64,000 bases of DNA from Alphaproteobacteria bacterium (GTDB lineage: Bacteria; Pseudomonadota; Alphaproteobacteria; UBA9219; RGZA01): contig JAKFVN010000030.1 of NCBI GenBank assembly GCA_021732145.1, positions 5,974 through 69,973 on the forward strand. The letters run 5' to 3'. Within the stretch, counting starts at the first letter, position 1; the number at the start of each line of letters is the position of its first letter. Made by a program: the position numbers and the translations under genes. The notes below the pieces were generated by a model that saw only the letters and a list, made by a program, of their open reading frames with translations, had not been told where the DNA came from and ran no database searches. Of the stretch, positions 37,132-46,831 are shown piece by piece.

Positions 37132-38262
37132 TTAATGCGGTTCCAATTTAGGTAATGGATTATCGGTAAAAATATCCTGCGGGTCGGGCTTGTGCGCTTC
37201 GACTTGCGAATATTTTTGCGCGGGCACTTTTGCATCAAGACCGCTTGCGTTTTCAATCGGCCTGTTATCGCTGCCGCCGCGCGGCACATCATGGCGGATG
37301 GTATGCACGGAGCCATGCTGGCGCATTTCATTGGCAACCCCATGCGGAACATCGTGCGGAACGCCATGCGGAACATCGTGCGGAACGCCATGCGGAACAT
37401 CATGGGGAACGTCGTGCGGAGCATCATGCGGAACGCCGTGCTCAACATCGTAGGTTGACTCAGAACCGGGAGGGCGGCGCGCAATCACGTCGACGGCCTG
37501 CCCGAAGGGAACATAGCTGATATCAAGGGCGTGGAAGTTGGTTGGCAGTTCGCGCAGCTCACTTGTAATCATGTCAAGGCGCTGTTTTAAATAATCGTCC
37601 TGCGTTGCTTCATAGGCCATCAGCACGGCAGATAGCGCCATGAATGCTTGTCCTGCAATAAGATAGTTGTCAACCGCTTCTTCGGATGTATCATGTGCGT
37701 AAATGCTGCGCAGATGGTTCATGGCGCGTTGCAGATGACCCGTGAAGCCTTCTTCGCGCGCGCCAAGCTCGACATCTTCATTGCGCTCAATCATCATATC
37801 GAGCGTCACGCCCATATAGCGCAAACGGCGCATCAGCAAGGTGCGTTCCATCGGCGGGTCGATGCCTTCGATGCCGTAGAGCACAATCATCACATCGCTG
37901 GTTTCATCGTTCAGGCGGATGATGCGTTCCTTGCGCGCCAGCAGCAGCGCTTCGTTATAAATAACGTCATGCTCAGGGGTGCTGGCGGTTGCATCAATAA
38001 TCAGCGGGCCTTCATGTTCGGGCAGGTGGTTTAAAATCACATCCAGTTCTTCGCGCGCCATGCCCTTGCTTAAACTTAAGACAATCACATCCCATTTATG
38101 TTCCTGGGTGTGCATGCGGATAGTGCTTTTAAGCGTGGGGATGAAGGAGATGTCCTCGCCCTTGAATATGCGCGGCACCATGTGGTCGATGGAGGCCAGC
38201 ACGTGTTCGAGCGAGCCAAATACATCGAAATGGATGGGTGGTTTTGCCTTCGCTGTGGGCAC
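37132..38262 (-). CDS. Hypothetical protein with a His-rich tetrapeptide tandem-repeat region (VPHD/VPHG x9), translationally coupled to thrS
   Basis: GTG start at 38262, 1 nt after the thrS TAA (38264-38266). The repeat region is encoded by perfect 12-nt tandem repeats. The 270-aa N-terminal region has no recognised homology. It is not IF3: the sequence was compared from memory with E. coli InfC and does not resemble it. Confidence 0.45.
   Translation of the reverse strand: MPTAKAKPPIHFDVFGSLEHVLASIDHMVPRIFKGEDISFIPTLKSTIRMHTQEHKWDVIVLSLSKGMAREELDVILNHLPEHEGPLIIDATASTPEHDVIYNEALLLARKERIIRLNDETSDVMIVLYGIEGIDPPMERTLLMRRLRYMGVTLDMMIERNEDVELGAREEGFTGHLQRAMNHLRSIYAHDTSEEAVDNYLIAGQAFMALSAVLMAYEATQDDYLKQRLDMITSELRELPTNFHALDISYVPFGQAVDVIARRPPGSESTYDVEHGVPHDAPHDVPHDVPHGVPHDVPHGVPHDVPHGVANEMRQHGSVHTIRHDVPRGGSDNRPIENASGLDAKVPAQKYSQVEAHKPDPQDIFTDNPLPKLEPH
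37341..37448. repeat. 12-nt tandem repeat x9 (catgcggaacat / cgtgcggaacgc alternating), in-frame within the CDS
   Basis: Seen directly. The 24-nt unit catgcggaacatcgtgcggaacgc is repeated about 4.5 times, with degeneration at the ends. Confidence 0.75.
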
Positions 38263-38263
38263 G

Positions 38264-40210
38264 TTATTTCTCCAGCGGGGTTTTAGCCTCTTGCTTCAGT
38301 TTGGCAATCGCATCAGCAAGGCTAATCACTTCCTGGCTTTCACCGCCAAGGCGGCGCAGCGCAACGGTTTTGTTTTCGGCTTCCTTTTTACCAACAACCA
38401 GCATCAGCGGAACTTTCTTTAAGCTGTGCTCGCGGATTTTGTAATTGATTTTTTCGTTGCGGATATCAATGTCAGCGCGAAGGCCTGCCGCCTTGCATGC
38501 TGCCAGGACTTCATGCGTATATTCATCCATGTCATTCGTAATGCCGGCAACCACCACCTGCAATGGCGCAAGCCATAGCGGGAATTTGCCGGAGAAATGC
38601 TCGATCATAATGCCGATAAAGCGTTCCATTGACCCAAGCATCGCACGGTGCAGCATCACGGGGCGATGCTTGTTGCCATCTTCACCTATATAATTTGCAT
38701 CAAGACGTTCGGGCAGAACGAAATCCAATTGCAGCGTGCCGCATTGCCAAACGCGGCCAATCGCATCGGTTAAATGGAATTCAATCTTGGGGCCGTAAAA
38801 CGCGCCTTCATTCGGGATTTCCTCGAATTTCATGCCTGCGGCGGTCAGCGCCTTGCGCAAGCCGTCTTCGGCTTTATCCCATACTTCATCGGTGCCGCCG
38901 CGCACATCAGGGCGCAGCGCCAGTTTGATATTCACGTTTTCGGTCGGGAAGCCCAAATCCTCATAGACCTTCATCTGCATTGCGCAATATTTCAGGCTTT
39001 CGGCCATCACCTGGTCTTCGCGGCAGAAAATATGCGCATCATCCTGCACAAAGCCGCGCACACGCATAATGCCATGCAAGCTGCCGGATGGTTCATTGCG
39101 GTGGCATGAACCGAATTCCGCCATGCGGATGGGCAAATCGCGGTAGCTTTTCATGCCTTGGTTATAGACCTGTACATGGCATGGGCAGTTCATGGGCTTG
39201 ATGCCGAACATGGTTTCTTCATCCAAGATCACGCGGAACATTTTATCGCCGTACATATCCCAGTGACCGGATTTCATGAACATGCTGCTATTCACCAGCT
39301 GCGGCGTTTTGACTTCTACATAGCCATCGTGCTGAATGCGTGCGCGTATATAATTTTCCAATGTGCGGTACAGTGTCCAGCCATGCGGATGCCAGAAAAT
39401 TGAACCCGCTGCATCGTCTTGCAAATGGAAAAGTTCCATTTCCCTGCCAAGGCGGCGGTGGTCACGTTTTTCGGCTTCTTCCAGTTGAGTCAGATGGGTC
39501 TTTAATTCCGTTTCATTTCGCCATGCGGTGCCGTAAATACGCTGCAATTGCGCATTTTTGGCATCGCCGCGCCAATAGGCTCCCGCTACGCGCATCAGTT
39601 TAAAGCCGTTGCCGACTTTACCTGTGCTTGGCAAATGCGGGCCGCGGCACAAATCATACCAATCGCCCTGGCGGTAGATGGTGATGGTTTCAGTTTGCGG
39701 CAAATCTTGAATAATCATCGCCTTGTATTTTTCGCCGATGCTTTCGAAATGCTGGATGGCTTTGTTTCTGTCCCACACTTCACGCGTGAAAGGTTTATCC
39801 GCTGCAATAATCTGGCGCATCTTGGCTTCGATTTTTTCCAAATCTTCGGGCGTGAAGGGCGTATCGCGCGCAAAGTCGTAATAGAACCCGTTTTCAATCG
39901 CGGGGCCAATGGTGACCTGCGTTCCGGGGTAAAGTGCCTGCACGGCTTCCGCCATGATATGTGCGGCATCGTGGCGGATGATTTCCAATGCTTCCGGCAT
40001 GTCGCGGGTAATAATCGCAACCTTCGCGCCATCATGCAGCGGCAGGGTTAAGTCGCGCAGCTCCCCATCAATCCGCGCGGCAATCGAAACCTTTGCAAGG
40101 CTTTTGGAAATGTTGTTGGCAAGGTCAAGCGCGGTGGCGCCTTGCGGCAACTGGCGCACATTGCCATCGGGTAGCGTGATATTCATAAGTTTTTCTGCTG
40201 GCTGGTTCAT
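38264..40210 (-). CDS. thrS: Threonine--tRNA ligase ThrS
   Basis: 648 aa. N-terminal TGS domain, editing domain, class II aaRS motifs ([26 protein letters not shown]...) and a C-terminal anticodon-binding domain. Confidence 0.9.
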   Translation of the reverse strand: MNQPAEKLMNITLPDGNVRQLPQGATALDLANNISKSLAKVSIAARIDGELRDLTLPLHDGAKVAIITRDMPEALEIIRHDAAHIMAEAVQALYPGTQVTIGPAIENGFYYDFARDTPFTPEDLEKIEAKMRQIIAADKPFTREVWDRNKAIQHFESIGEKYKAMIIQDLPQTETITIYRQGDWYDLCRGPHLPSTGKVGNGFKLMRVAGAYWRGDAKNAQLQRIYGTAWRNETELKTHLTQLEEAEKRDHRRLGREMELFHLQDDAAGSIFWHPHGWTLYRTLENYIRARIQHDGYVEVKTPQLVNSSMFMKSGHWDMYGDKMFRVILDEETMFGIKPMNCPCHVQVYNQGMKSYRDLPIRMAEFGSCHRNEPSGSLHGIMRVRGFVQDDAHIFCREDQVMAESLKYCAMQMKVYEDLGFPTENVNIKLALRPDVRGGTDEVWDKAEDGLRKALTAAGMKFEEIPNEGAFYGPKIEFHLTDAIGRVWQCGTLQLDFVLPERLDANYIGEDGNKHRPVMLHRAMLGSMERFIGIMIEHFSGKFPLWLAPLQVVVAGITNDMDEYTHEVLAACKAAGLRADIDIRNEKINYKIREHSLKKVPLMLVVGKKEAENKTVALRRLGGESQEVISLADAIAKLKQEAKTPLEK

Positions 40211-40245
40211 AATTCTATCTTATCAAGTAAAATCAATTTTGTAGC

Positions 40246-41481
40246 TTAATTTTGTATCTGGCGAAGTTCGCGATACGTATCAATAACATCTTCAATCATT
40301 TGCTTGCGGTCAAAGTTGTTTTCAACAAATGAACGGGCGCGGAAGGCAAAGGATTGGCGCTGCTCGGTAGTGAGCTTGAGGCTGCGGGTGAGGGCGGCGG
40401 TGAGCTTGTTTACCTGGTCTGCGGGCAGCAGCACGGTTGCATTATCGCGCAGCATGATTTCGCCAAGGCCGTTGCGGTCGAACGCGACAATCGGGCGGCC
40501 CATCGCCTGCGCTTCAATCAGTGCACGCAAGGACTCCTGTCCCTGAAAGCCTGTCACCAACACCGTGTGCGCCAGCCACAATGCGGGAATGCGATCTTGC
40601 ACATCGCTCGTCACAATCACATGGGTCAGCAAGCCGAATGCCGCGACGCGCTTGATGATGAAGGCGCGTTCTTCTTCCGGTACGAATAAAATGGTGGTGA
40701 TGTTGCGTTCCTTCAATTCCTTGAACGCAGCCGCCATCGTATCAAAAATAACGGGATCTAACGGGCAGTCGGGCACGACGACAATCGGGTGGTCATCCGG
40801 CAATTGCCAGTTTTTTTCCAGCGTCATGATTTTCTGCGGGGAAATGCGGTCGTAATGCACAACGCCCAGATTAATGCCGGGGATAATGGTGCGCACCACG
40901 CTTTCAGGCAGGCCAAGCTGTTGCAGCAATTGTTCGCGCGCATAGCTGGATGGCACGATGATGCGCGCAAAGCTGCGCAAAATTTCCGCGTTGCGTCCGG
41001 CAAGCACAGAGATAATCGGCTGGTTGAGCGAGATGGCGGTGTGCATTCCCGTTTTGAGCATCACTTCATACGCAAAACGCGACAAGGAGAAATCAAGCGC
41101 GTGAATAAAATGAATATGCTGTTCACGTGCCCAGCGCACCAATTGGAATACCGCGACCATATGGCCCAAAGCAGATGCGCGCATATCCGGCAGCATTTTG
41201 TGCGGGATTTTCTGGCGTTGCAGTTCCAGCTTTAACAACCCGCCGGGGGATGCGATGAACGGATGGCCGCCTTCCGCTCTGACGCGCATGGCCAAATCAA
41301 CCGCCTGACGGCCCAGCATGGCATTGTTCAGATCGGGGCTGAGAATAAGGATGCGCGCATTGAGCGACGTGTTAACTTCAGCGCTTGAACCTTTGGGCGT
41401 AGCAGCTTTTGCGCCAGCGGCGGGTTTGCCGGGCGGTTCCTTTTTAATCTTCGTCTGGACAGCTTTAGGATTTGCCACCAT
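40246..41481 (-). CDS. Glycosyltransferase family 1 (GT4-like, GT-B fold) with Lys-rich N-terminal extension
   Basis: A GT-B N-terminal domain begins at ARILILSP. C-terminal EX7E-like region. Its start is only 27 nt from the divergent hydrolase start, so one of the two starts may be mis-set. Confidence 0.55.
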   Translation of the reverse strand: MVANPKAVQTKIKKEPPGKPAAGAKAATPKGSSAEVNTSLNARILILSPDLNNAMLGRQAVDLAMRVRAEGGHPFIASPGGLLKLELQRQKIPHKMLPDMRASALGHMVAVFQLVRWAREQHIHFIHALDFSLSRFAYEVMLKTGMHTAISLNQPIISVLAGRNAEILRSFARIIVPSSYAREQLLQQLGLPESVVRTIIPGINLGVVHYDRISPQKIMTLEKNWQLPDDHPIVVVPDCPLDPVIFDTMAAAFKELKERNITTILFVPEEERAFIIKRVAAFGLLTHVIVTSDVQDRIPALWLAHTVLVTGFQGQESLRALIEAQAMGRPIVAFDRNGLGEIMLRDNATVLLPADQVNKLTAALTRSLKLTTEQRQSFAFRARSFVENNFDRKQMIEDVIDTYRELRQIQN

Positions 41482-41508
41482 AGTTTAACCAATAACCCGC
41501 ACGAACAA

Positions 41509-42270
41509 ATGACTGAACAAGAATTCCAATATAAAACCTTAAAGGCAAATGACCAGACCATCGCGTACCGCGTTGATGGGGAAGCGAATCCTGGCCGCCC
41601 AAATCTGTTATTTTTGCCCGGTTTCTTTTCCGATATGACGGGCTCAAAAGCAAGCTTTTTAGCGGCGCGTTGCATCGAAGATAGGCGCCAGCTTACACGG
41701 TTTGATTATTCGGGTCATGGCCAATCATCCGGCCAATTTATTGATGGCTGCATTGGCGACTGGCTGGCGGATGCGCTGGCCGTGGTCGATGCGGTAACGA
41801 CGGGCAAGCTTATCCTGGTCGGCTCCAGCATGGGCGGGTGGATTATGCTGCTGCTGGCGCTGGCGCGGCCTGACCGCGTCGCGGGGTTGGTAGGCATCGC
41901 GGCTGCGCCCGATTTTACTGAAGATTTGGTGTGGGATTTATTATCGCGCGAACAAAAAGCCGAAATGCAGGATAAGGGCGTAATTTACGAGCCATCGGAA
42001 TATGGCGCGCCAGTTCCCTATACGTTGAAACTGGTGCAGGATGGGCGGGAGCATTTATTGCTGCGTGCGCCGATTAATATCACATGCCCCGTACGCCTTA
42101 TTCAGGGCAGGCAGGATAAGGACGTGCCGTGGCAAACCGCAGAAAAATTGAAGAAGCAACTGCGCAGCAAAGATGTGCGCATTCATTATGTAGAAGATGG
42201 TGAGCATCGCTTATCACGCAATGAAGATTTGGAACTGTTATGGAAAGCAGTTGAAAGTCTGGCCGCCTAG
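41509..42270 (+). CDS. Alpha/beta-fold hydrolase
   Basis: Nucleophile-elbow motif GSSMGG and a C-terminal His region (DGEHRLS). Confidence 0.7.
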   Translation: MTEQEFQYKTLKANDQTIAYRVDGEANPGRPNLLFLPGFFSDMTGSKASFLAARCIEDRRQLTRFDYSGHGQSSGQFIDGCIGDWLADALAVVDAVTTGKLILVGSSMGGWIMLLLALARPDRVAGLVGIAAAPDFTEDLVWDLLSREQKAEMQDKGVIYEPSEYGAPVPYTLKLVQDGREHLLLRAPINITCPVRLIQGRQDKDVPWQTAEKLKKQLRSKDVRIHYVEDGEHRLSRNEDLELLWKAVESLAA

Positions 42271-42272
42271 AT

Positions 42273-43958
42273 TTATCTGGGCTTTAGCAGCGTAAAAAAG
42301 AATGTGCTGCCTTCATTGGGTTTGGAAGTCAGCCATAATTTTCCGCCCATGCGTTCCACGGTTTTTTTGCACATCGCCAAGCCAATGCCGGTTCCTTCGA
42401 ACTGTTGCTGGGTGTGCAGCCGTTTGAACGGTTCAAAAATTTTATTGAAATAGGCGGGGTCAACCCCAATGCCGTTATCCCGCACGCTGAATTGCCATGC
42501 ATGGCCAATATCCTCAAAGCCGATATGAATGCTGGGTGCCACGTCCTCGCGGCGGTATTTAATCGCATTGCTAATCAGGTTTTGCATCAGCCGTGCAAAT
42601 TGCCCGGCATGATGCGTGATGCTGGGCAGATCATCCGCGGTGATGTGCACGCCCGACTGTTCGATGGGTTGCTTTAAGTTTTCCAGCACGCGCTTCAACT
42701 CTTCATTGCAATCAACCAATTCGGGTTTGGAAACTTCGTAATCAATGCGCGCATAATCCAACAATGCGGAAATCATCTGCTGCATGCGCGTTGATGCGGC
42801 CATAAGGATGTTCAGGTATTCCTTGCCCGTTTCATCGAACACCAGCCCGTATTTCTGCTGCAATAATTTGGCAAAGCTGGCGATGGTGCGTAAAGGTTCC
42901 TTCAAATCATGGGAAGCAACATAGGCAAAATGTTCCAGTTCATTATTGGTTTTTTCCAGTTTTTCCAGAATATGAGCGGTTTCACGTGCCGCCAGCACCT
43001 CCTGCTTCTGCACATAGTTGTTCAGCGCCATATAGCCGATGGACACCACGAAGCAGTAAATGAAGAACAGATAGAAAATGGTGAACACGCGGCCATCCTT
43101 GTTTTCCTTGATGCGTTTTTTCAAATGCAGCGCCAGCAAATCGGTTGATGAATCAAAGGCGCTGGCATAGGCGCTGATGACCTGTGTGCTGCGCTCAAAG
43201 AATTCCTGCCCGGTAAATTGCCGGGGATCGCGGGTAATCGTTTCCATCAGCTCTTTATAAAAGGTATTGGCTGCTTCAAAATCAGCAGTGTTGGGGCCAT
43301 AAATTGCGTCGAGGGTCTTGGTGTTTTGCACAATGCTGCTGGCGCGGCTTAAATTATCATGCAGCGCTTCAAGTTGCAGCAAACGGCTTTGAATCACATC
43401 GAATTCAAGGGGGGCGCGGTTCAGCAGGGCCTTGGTAATGCTGCCGCGCAGGATGGCGATTTCTTCGGTAATTTCCGGAATAAGGTTGATGGTGATGTCA
43501 CCTAGATAATAACTGGCAAGTTCAGGGTCAAGGATAAGCGTAGAATTATCGCCCACGTCACGCATGATGGTTTTTAGTTTTTTGATTTGCTGCGTGCGCT
43601 CTTCAAACGTCTGCGGCGCTGCTTTTTTGAAGCTTTCCCATTTCTGCGGCGGCAATAAAACGCTGATGCCATCCAGGCCGTCAATGGCGGGAATGGCTTC
43701 ATCAATCAGGGCCTTGTTCTTTTGTAAGGTCTCAACAAAATAGCGATTGCCTTTTGCGGCGGGCGCGGAACTGCCACGCACGTTTTCAAGCGCCAGCATC
43801 AAGCCATAGAGTTCATGCTGGACGGCGACCCCTTTTAATTCTTTTTGCGTCGCTTCAATCAGGCGATTTTTGTCTTGCAATAAAAAATATCCGCCCAGCA
43901 CAAATACTGCGGCGAGGGCAGAGATAAGGATAAAGGTGGCGTCACGGATGCGATTCAT
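42273..43958 (-). CDS. Sensor histidine kinase (two TM helices, periplasmic sensor domain, HisKA + HATPase_c)
   Basis: H-box VASHDLKEPLRTI, plus N, G1 (DNGIGV) and G2 (GTGIGLAMC) boxes. TM1 near the N-terminus and TM2 at FTIFYLFFIYCFVVSIGYMAL. The ORF track start is a TTG (43964); the ATG is at 43958. Confidence 0.8.
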   Translation of the reverse strand: MNRIRDATFILISALAAVFVLGGYFLLQDKNRLIEATQKELKGVAVQHELYGLMLALENVRGSSAPAAKGNRYFVETLQKNKALIDEAIPAIDGLDGISVLLPPQKWESFKKAAPQTFEERTQQIKKLKTIMRDVGDNSTLILDPELASYYLGDITINLIPEITEEIAILRGSITKALLNRAPLEFDVIQSRLLQLEALHDNLSRASSIVQNTKTLDAIYGPNTADFEAANTFYKELMETITRDPRQFTGQEFFERSTQVISAYASAFDSSTDLLALHLKKRIKENKDGRVFTIFYLFFIYCFVVSIGYMALNNYVQKQEVLAARETAHILEKLEKTNNELEHFAYVASHDLKEPLRTIASFAKLLQQKYGLVFDETGKEYLNILMAASTRMQQMISALLDYARIDYEVSKPELVDCNEELKRVLENLKQPIEQSGVHITADDLPSITHHAGQFARLMQNLISNAIKYRREDVAPSIHIGFEDIGHAWQFSVRDNGIGVDPAYFNKIFEPFKRLHTQQQFEGTGIGLAMCKKTVERMGGKLWLTSKPNEGSTFFFTLLKPR

Positions 43959-44020
43959 TCGCAAAGACCTGTTGAATGTGCTTTATTGCGTTTTTTGGAA
44001 CTTGACCATAAACTCTTGGC

Positions 44021-44725
44021 ATGACGCAACAACCTTCTATTGAACAATTTGTCGGCAACAAAATACGCGAGCGACGCAAGCTGTTAAAGCTTAACCAGAC
44101 CGAGCTGGCGACCATGCTCGGCATTTCCTACCAGCAAGTGCAGAAATACGAAAGCGGGGCGACGACCCTGACGCTGGGGCGGTTAATGCACATCGCGCAA
44201 ATCCTGAACGTGCAGCCGAACTTCTTTTACGATGGCGCGCCAACACCGGACATGGCGGGCCAGTTGCCAGCGAGCGAAGTGATTACCAAGACGCGCAAGC
44301 GCCCGTTGCAGGTATTGCTGATTGAAGATAATTCCAGCGATGAAATCCTTTTCAAGAATGCGGTTGAGCAATGCGGCATCGCTGCCGATATTCATTGCAT
44401 GCAGCAGCCTGACCGCGTGATGGATTTCTTGCAAAACCATGACGCGAAACATGGCCGTCCGCGCCCCGATGTGATTGTACTGGATTTGAACCTGCCGAAA
44501 ATAAGCGGCATCGAATTGCTGCGCCTGATTAAAAAGAACCAGCAGCTTTCCGATATCCCGGTGATGATTTTGACAAACAGCATTCGCGTGCAGGAAATGC
44601 AGGAATGCTACCGCTTGCACGGCGCGGGCTTCATCCAGAAATCCATCGACTTTGACGAATTTTGCGAAGATGTCGCAACAGCCATGAAATACTGGGCAAA
44701 AACCGTTATTTTGCCAGCGGCATAG
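44021..44725 (+). CDS. Response regulator with N-terminal XRE-type HTH and C-terminal receiver (REC) domain
   Basis: N-terminal HTH_3 (IRERRKLLKLNQTELATMLGISYQQVQKYESG). The C-terminal REC domain has the acidic pocket (LLIEDN), phospho-acceptor Asp (VIVLDLNLP), and conserved T and K. Confidence 0.7.
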   Translation: MTQQPSIEQFVGNKIRERRKLLKLNQTELATMLGISYQQVQKYESGATTLTLGRLMHIAQILNVQPNFFYDGAPTPDMAGQLPASEVITKTRKRPLQVLLIEDNSSDEILFKNAVEQCGIAADIHCMQQPDRVMDFLQNHDAKHGRPRPDVIVLDLNLPKISGIELLRLIKKNQQLSDIPVMILTNSIRVQEMQECYRLHGAGFIQKSIDFDEFCEDVATAMKYWAKTVILPAA

Positions 44726-44728
44726 CAC

Positions 44729-45613
44729 ATGAACCATATTGGCTTGGATCTGGGCGGAACAAAAATTGCGGGCATCACCCTTTCCCAGCATGGCACGGTA
44801 TTGGGGCATCAGCGCATCGCTACCCCGCAAAGCTATCCTGATATTCTCAAAGCCTGCGTTGATTTAATTAAAAAACTGAATGCCACCAATGACACCTTGC
44901 AGTGCGTCGGCATTTGCACGCCGGGCGTGATTGACAGCGATAAAGGTGTTATCACCTTTTCGCCCAACGTCACGGCGCTCAAAGACATGCCGTTTCGTGA
45001 TGATTTATCCAGCGCGCTGAAGGTGCCCGTGCACATTGCCAATGATGCGGCGTGCTTTGCATTATCGGAAAGCAAGGATGGCGGCGGCGCAGGCGCGCGC
45101 ATTGTGTATGGTGTTATTCTCGGCACTGGCGTTGGCGGCGCATTGGTCGTTGACCAGAAGATGCCAAGTGGCCCACACCGCGCGAATGAATGGGGCCATG
45201 TGGCATTTCCATTTCCCGATGCAGATGATGTGCCAGCAACATGCGGATGCGGACGGGTAGGGGATATTGAAAGTTATTTATGTGGCCCTGCATTGCACCG
45301 CCAATTGACTGAAAAGCTGGGCCGCAGCATTACCAATGATGAATTGGTGGCGGGCATTAACGCCAACGATGCCGCGATTATGGGCGTGATGCAGCGTTAC
45401 GCCACGCGCCTTGCCAAAGCGCTGGCGATGCTGATTACGATTGTTGACCCGGATGTGATTGTGCTGGGCGGCGGCGTGAGCAATCTGGACATCATTTACA
45501 AACTGGTTCCACCGCTGATTGGCAAATACACATTATCGCCTGTTGTTAAAACGAAGATTGTAAAGGCGGCGCACGGCGATGATAGTGGCCTACGCGGCGC
45601 TGCGTGGCTGTGA
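44729..45613 (+). CDS. ROK-family sugar kinase (N-acetylglucosamine kinase NagK-like / glucokinase)
   Basis: N-terminal IGLDLGGTKIAG and the ROK zinc motif CGCGRVGDIESYLCG. It starts 4 nt after the response-regulator stop and is convergent with nagA. Confidence 0.7.
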   Translation: MNHIGLDLGGTKIAGITLSQHGTVLGHQRIATPQSYPDILKACVDLIKKLNATNDTLQCVGICTPGVIDSDKGVITFSPNVTALKDMPFRDDLSSALKVPVHIANDAACFALSESKDGGGAGARIVYGVILGTGVGGALVVDQKMPSGPHRANEWGHVAFPFPDADDVPATCGCGRVGDIESYLCGPALHRQLTEKLGRSITNDELVAGINANDAAIMGVMQRYATRLAKALAMLITIVDPDVIVLGGGVSNLDIIYKLVPPLIGKYTLSPVVKTKIVKAAHGDDSGLRGAAWL

Positions 45614-46750
45614 CTAAACCGCGTTACCGGCAATGAATACATGTTTCAAATGCAATCCATCGTCGAAAGCGATGATGTCGGCGCGCGCGCCAACCGCCAG
45701 TGTGCCAACCTGTTGTTCAACACCAAGGAATTGCGCAGGGAAATAGCTGGCCATCGCCAGCGCATGTTCCAGTTTAAATCCGGCTTGCGTTACGGCATAG
45801 CGCACGCATTCAAATAAGGTGAAGGCGCTGCCCGCCAATGCGCCACGTTCATCGACGCATTTGCCGTTTTCGGCCTTGATGCGTTTGCCTTGCAGCATGA
45901 AGGGTTGCGGCGGATGCTGTCCGGATGGCGGCATCGCATCGCTGACCAAAAACAGCTTGCCGCTTGGCTTTGCCTTATCGGCCAAGCGCAGCATATCGGG
46001 CGCAACATGCGCGCCGTCGGCAATAATGCCGCACCATAAGGCATCATCGTTTAATGCCGCACCGCTTAATCCGGTTTCACGCGCGCTCATGCCGCTCATG
46101 GCGTTATACAGATGCGTAATGCCGGTCAGGCCTTCGTTTCTGGCCTGTGCCAGCTGGTCTTTATTCGCAGCGCTGTGGCCAGCGGCCAGTATCGCGCCAG
46201 CATCGCGCAGTTTTTTTAATGCGCCTTTTTGAAACATTTCCGGCGCAACGGTAATCAGGCAAATGCCAAGACCGGAGAACTTCTGCGTTTGCAAAAAGGA
46301 CGTGTCGGCTTTGGCGATGATGTCTTTTTCATGAATGCCGCTGCGTTCCGGGTTTAAAAACGGCCCTTCAAGATGAATGCCAAGCACACCATTCTTTTGC
46401 CCATATTTCCGGATAGCGTTCAATGCAGCCATTGTTTTTTCCGGCGGTTCGGAAATCAGTGTTGGCAGGAATGAAGTGGTTCCTGCCGCGCGGTGCGCTT
46501 TTGCAATGCCATCAATTCCTTTTTCGGAAGTGTTATCATTGAATAAAATTCCGCCGCCGCCATTCACCTGCGCATCCACCAGCCCTGCGGCTAAGTTAAG
46601 CCCGGAAAGCGTGATATGTTCCGCGCCGGGCGGAATGGCGCTTTCGGGGCACATGCCTTTAATCAGGCCAGCTTCGACCAGCAGGGCAGACCCCACGGTA
46701 CGCTTCCCTTCCGAAACAATGCTTTTGCCTGTAAACGCTTTAAAACTCAT
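45614..46750 (-). CDS. nagA: N-acetylglucosamine-6-phosphate deacetylase NagA
   Basis: Amidohydrolase with a NagA-like N-terminus (ALLVEAGLIKGMCPESAIPPGAEHITLSGLNLAAGLVDAQVNGGGGILFND) and metal-binding His/Glu positions. Confidence 0.8.
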   Translation of the reverse strand: MSFKAFTGKSIVSEGKRTVGSALLVEAGLIKGMCPESAIPPGAEHITLSGLNLAAGLVDAQVNGGGGILFNDNTSEKGIDGIAKAHRAAGTTSFLPTLISEPPEKTMAALNAIRKYGQKNGVLGIHLEGPFLNPERSGIHEKDIIAKADTSFLQTQKFSGLGICLITVAPEMFQKGALKKLRDAGAILAAGHSAANKDQLAQARNEGLTGITHLYNAMSGMSARETGLSGAALNDDALWCGIIADGAHVAPDMLRLADKAKPSGKLFLVSDAMPPSGQHPPQPFMLQGKRIKAENGKCVDERGALAGSAFTLFECVRYAVTQAGFKLEHALAMASYFPAQFLGVEQQVGTLAVGARADIIAFDDGLHLKHVFIAGNAV

Positions 46751-46831
46751 CTTTTTTCTTATGTTTGAAACGAAGCCAGAGTCAGGCTATATCTTGCAGC
46801 CTAATTAACAGGATAATCATAGGTTAGTACA

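Noticed and set aside
31467-37448. Tandem repeats at 31467-31504, 31621-31676 and 37341-37448 as possible CRISPR or minisatellite arrays.
   Set aside because: They are short, contiguous without unique spacers, in-frame within ORFs, and encode low-complexity peptide tracts. No cas genes are present, so they are coding tandem repeats rather than CRISPR.
37132-38262. Gene immediately downstream of thrS as infC (IF3), perhaps with an atypical start.
   Set aside because: The product does not resemble IF3, which is about 180 aa with a conserved N-domain and C-domain. It is 376 aa with a His-repeat region, so infC must be elsewhere.
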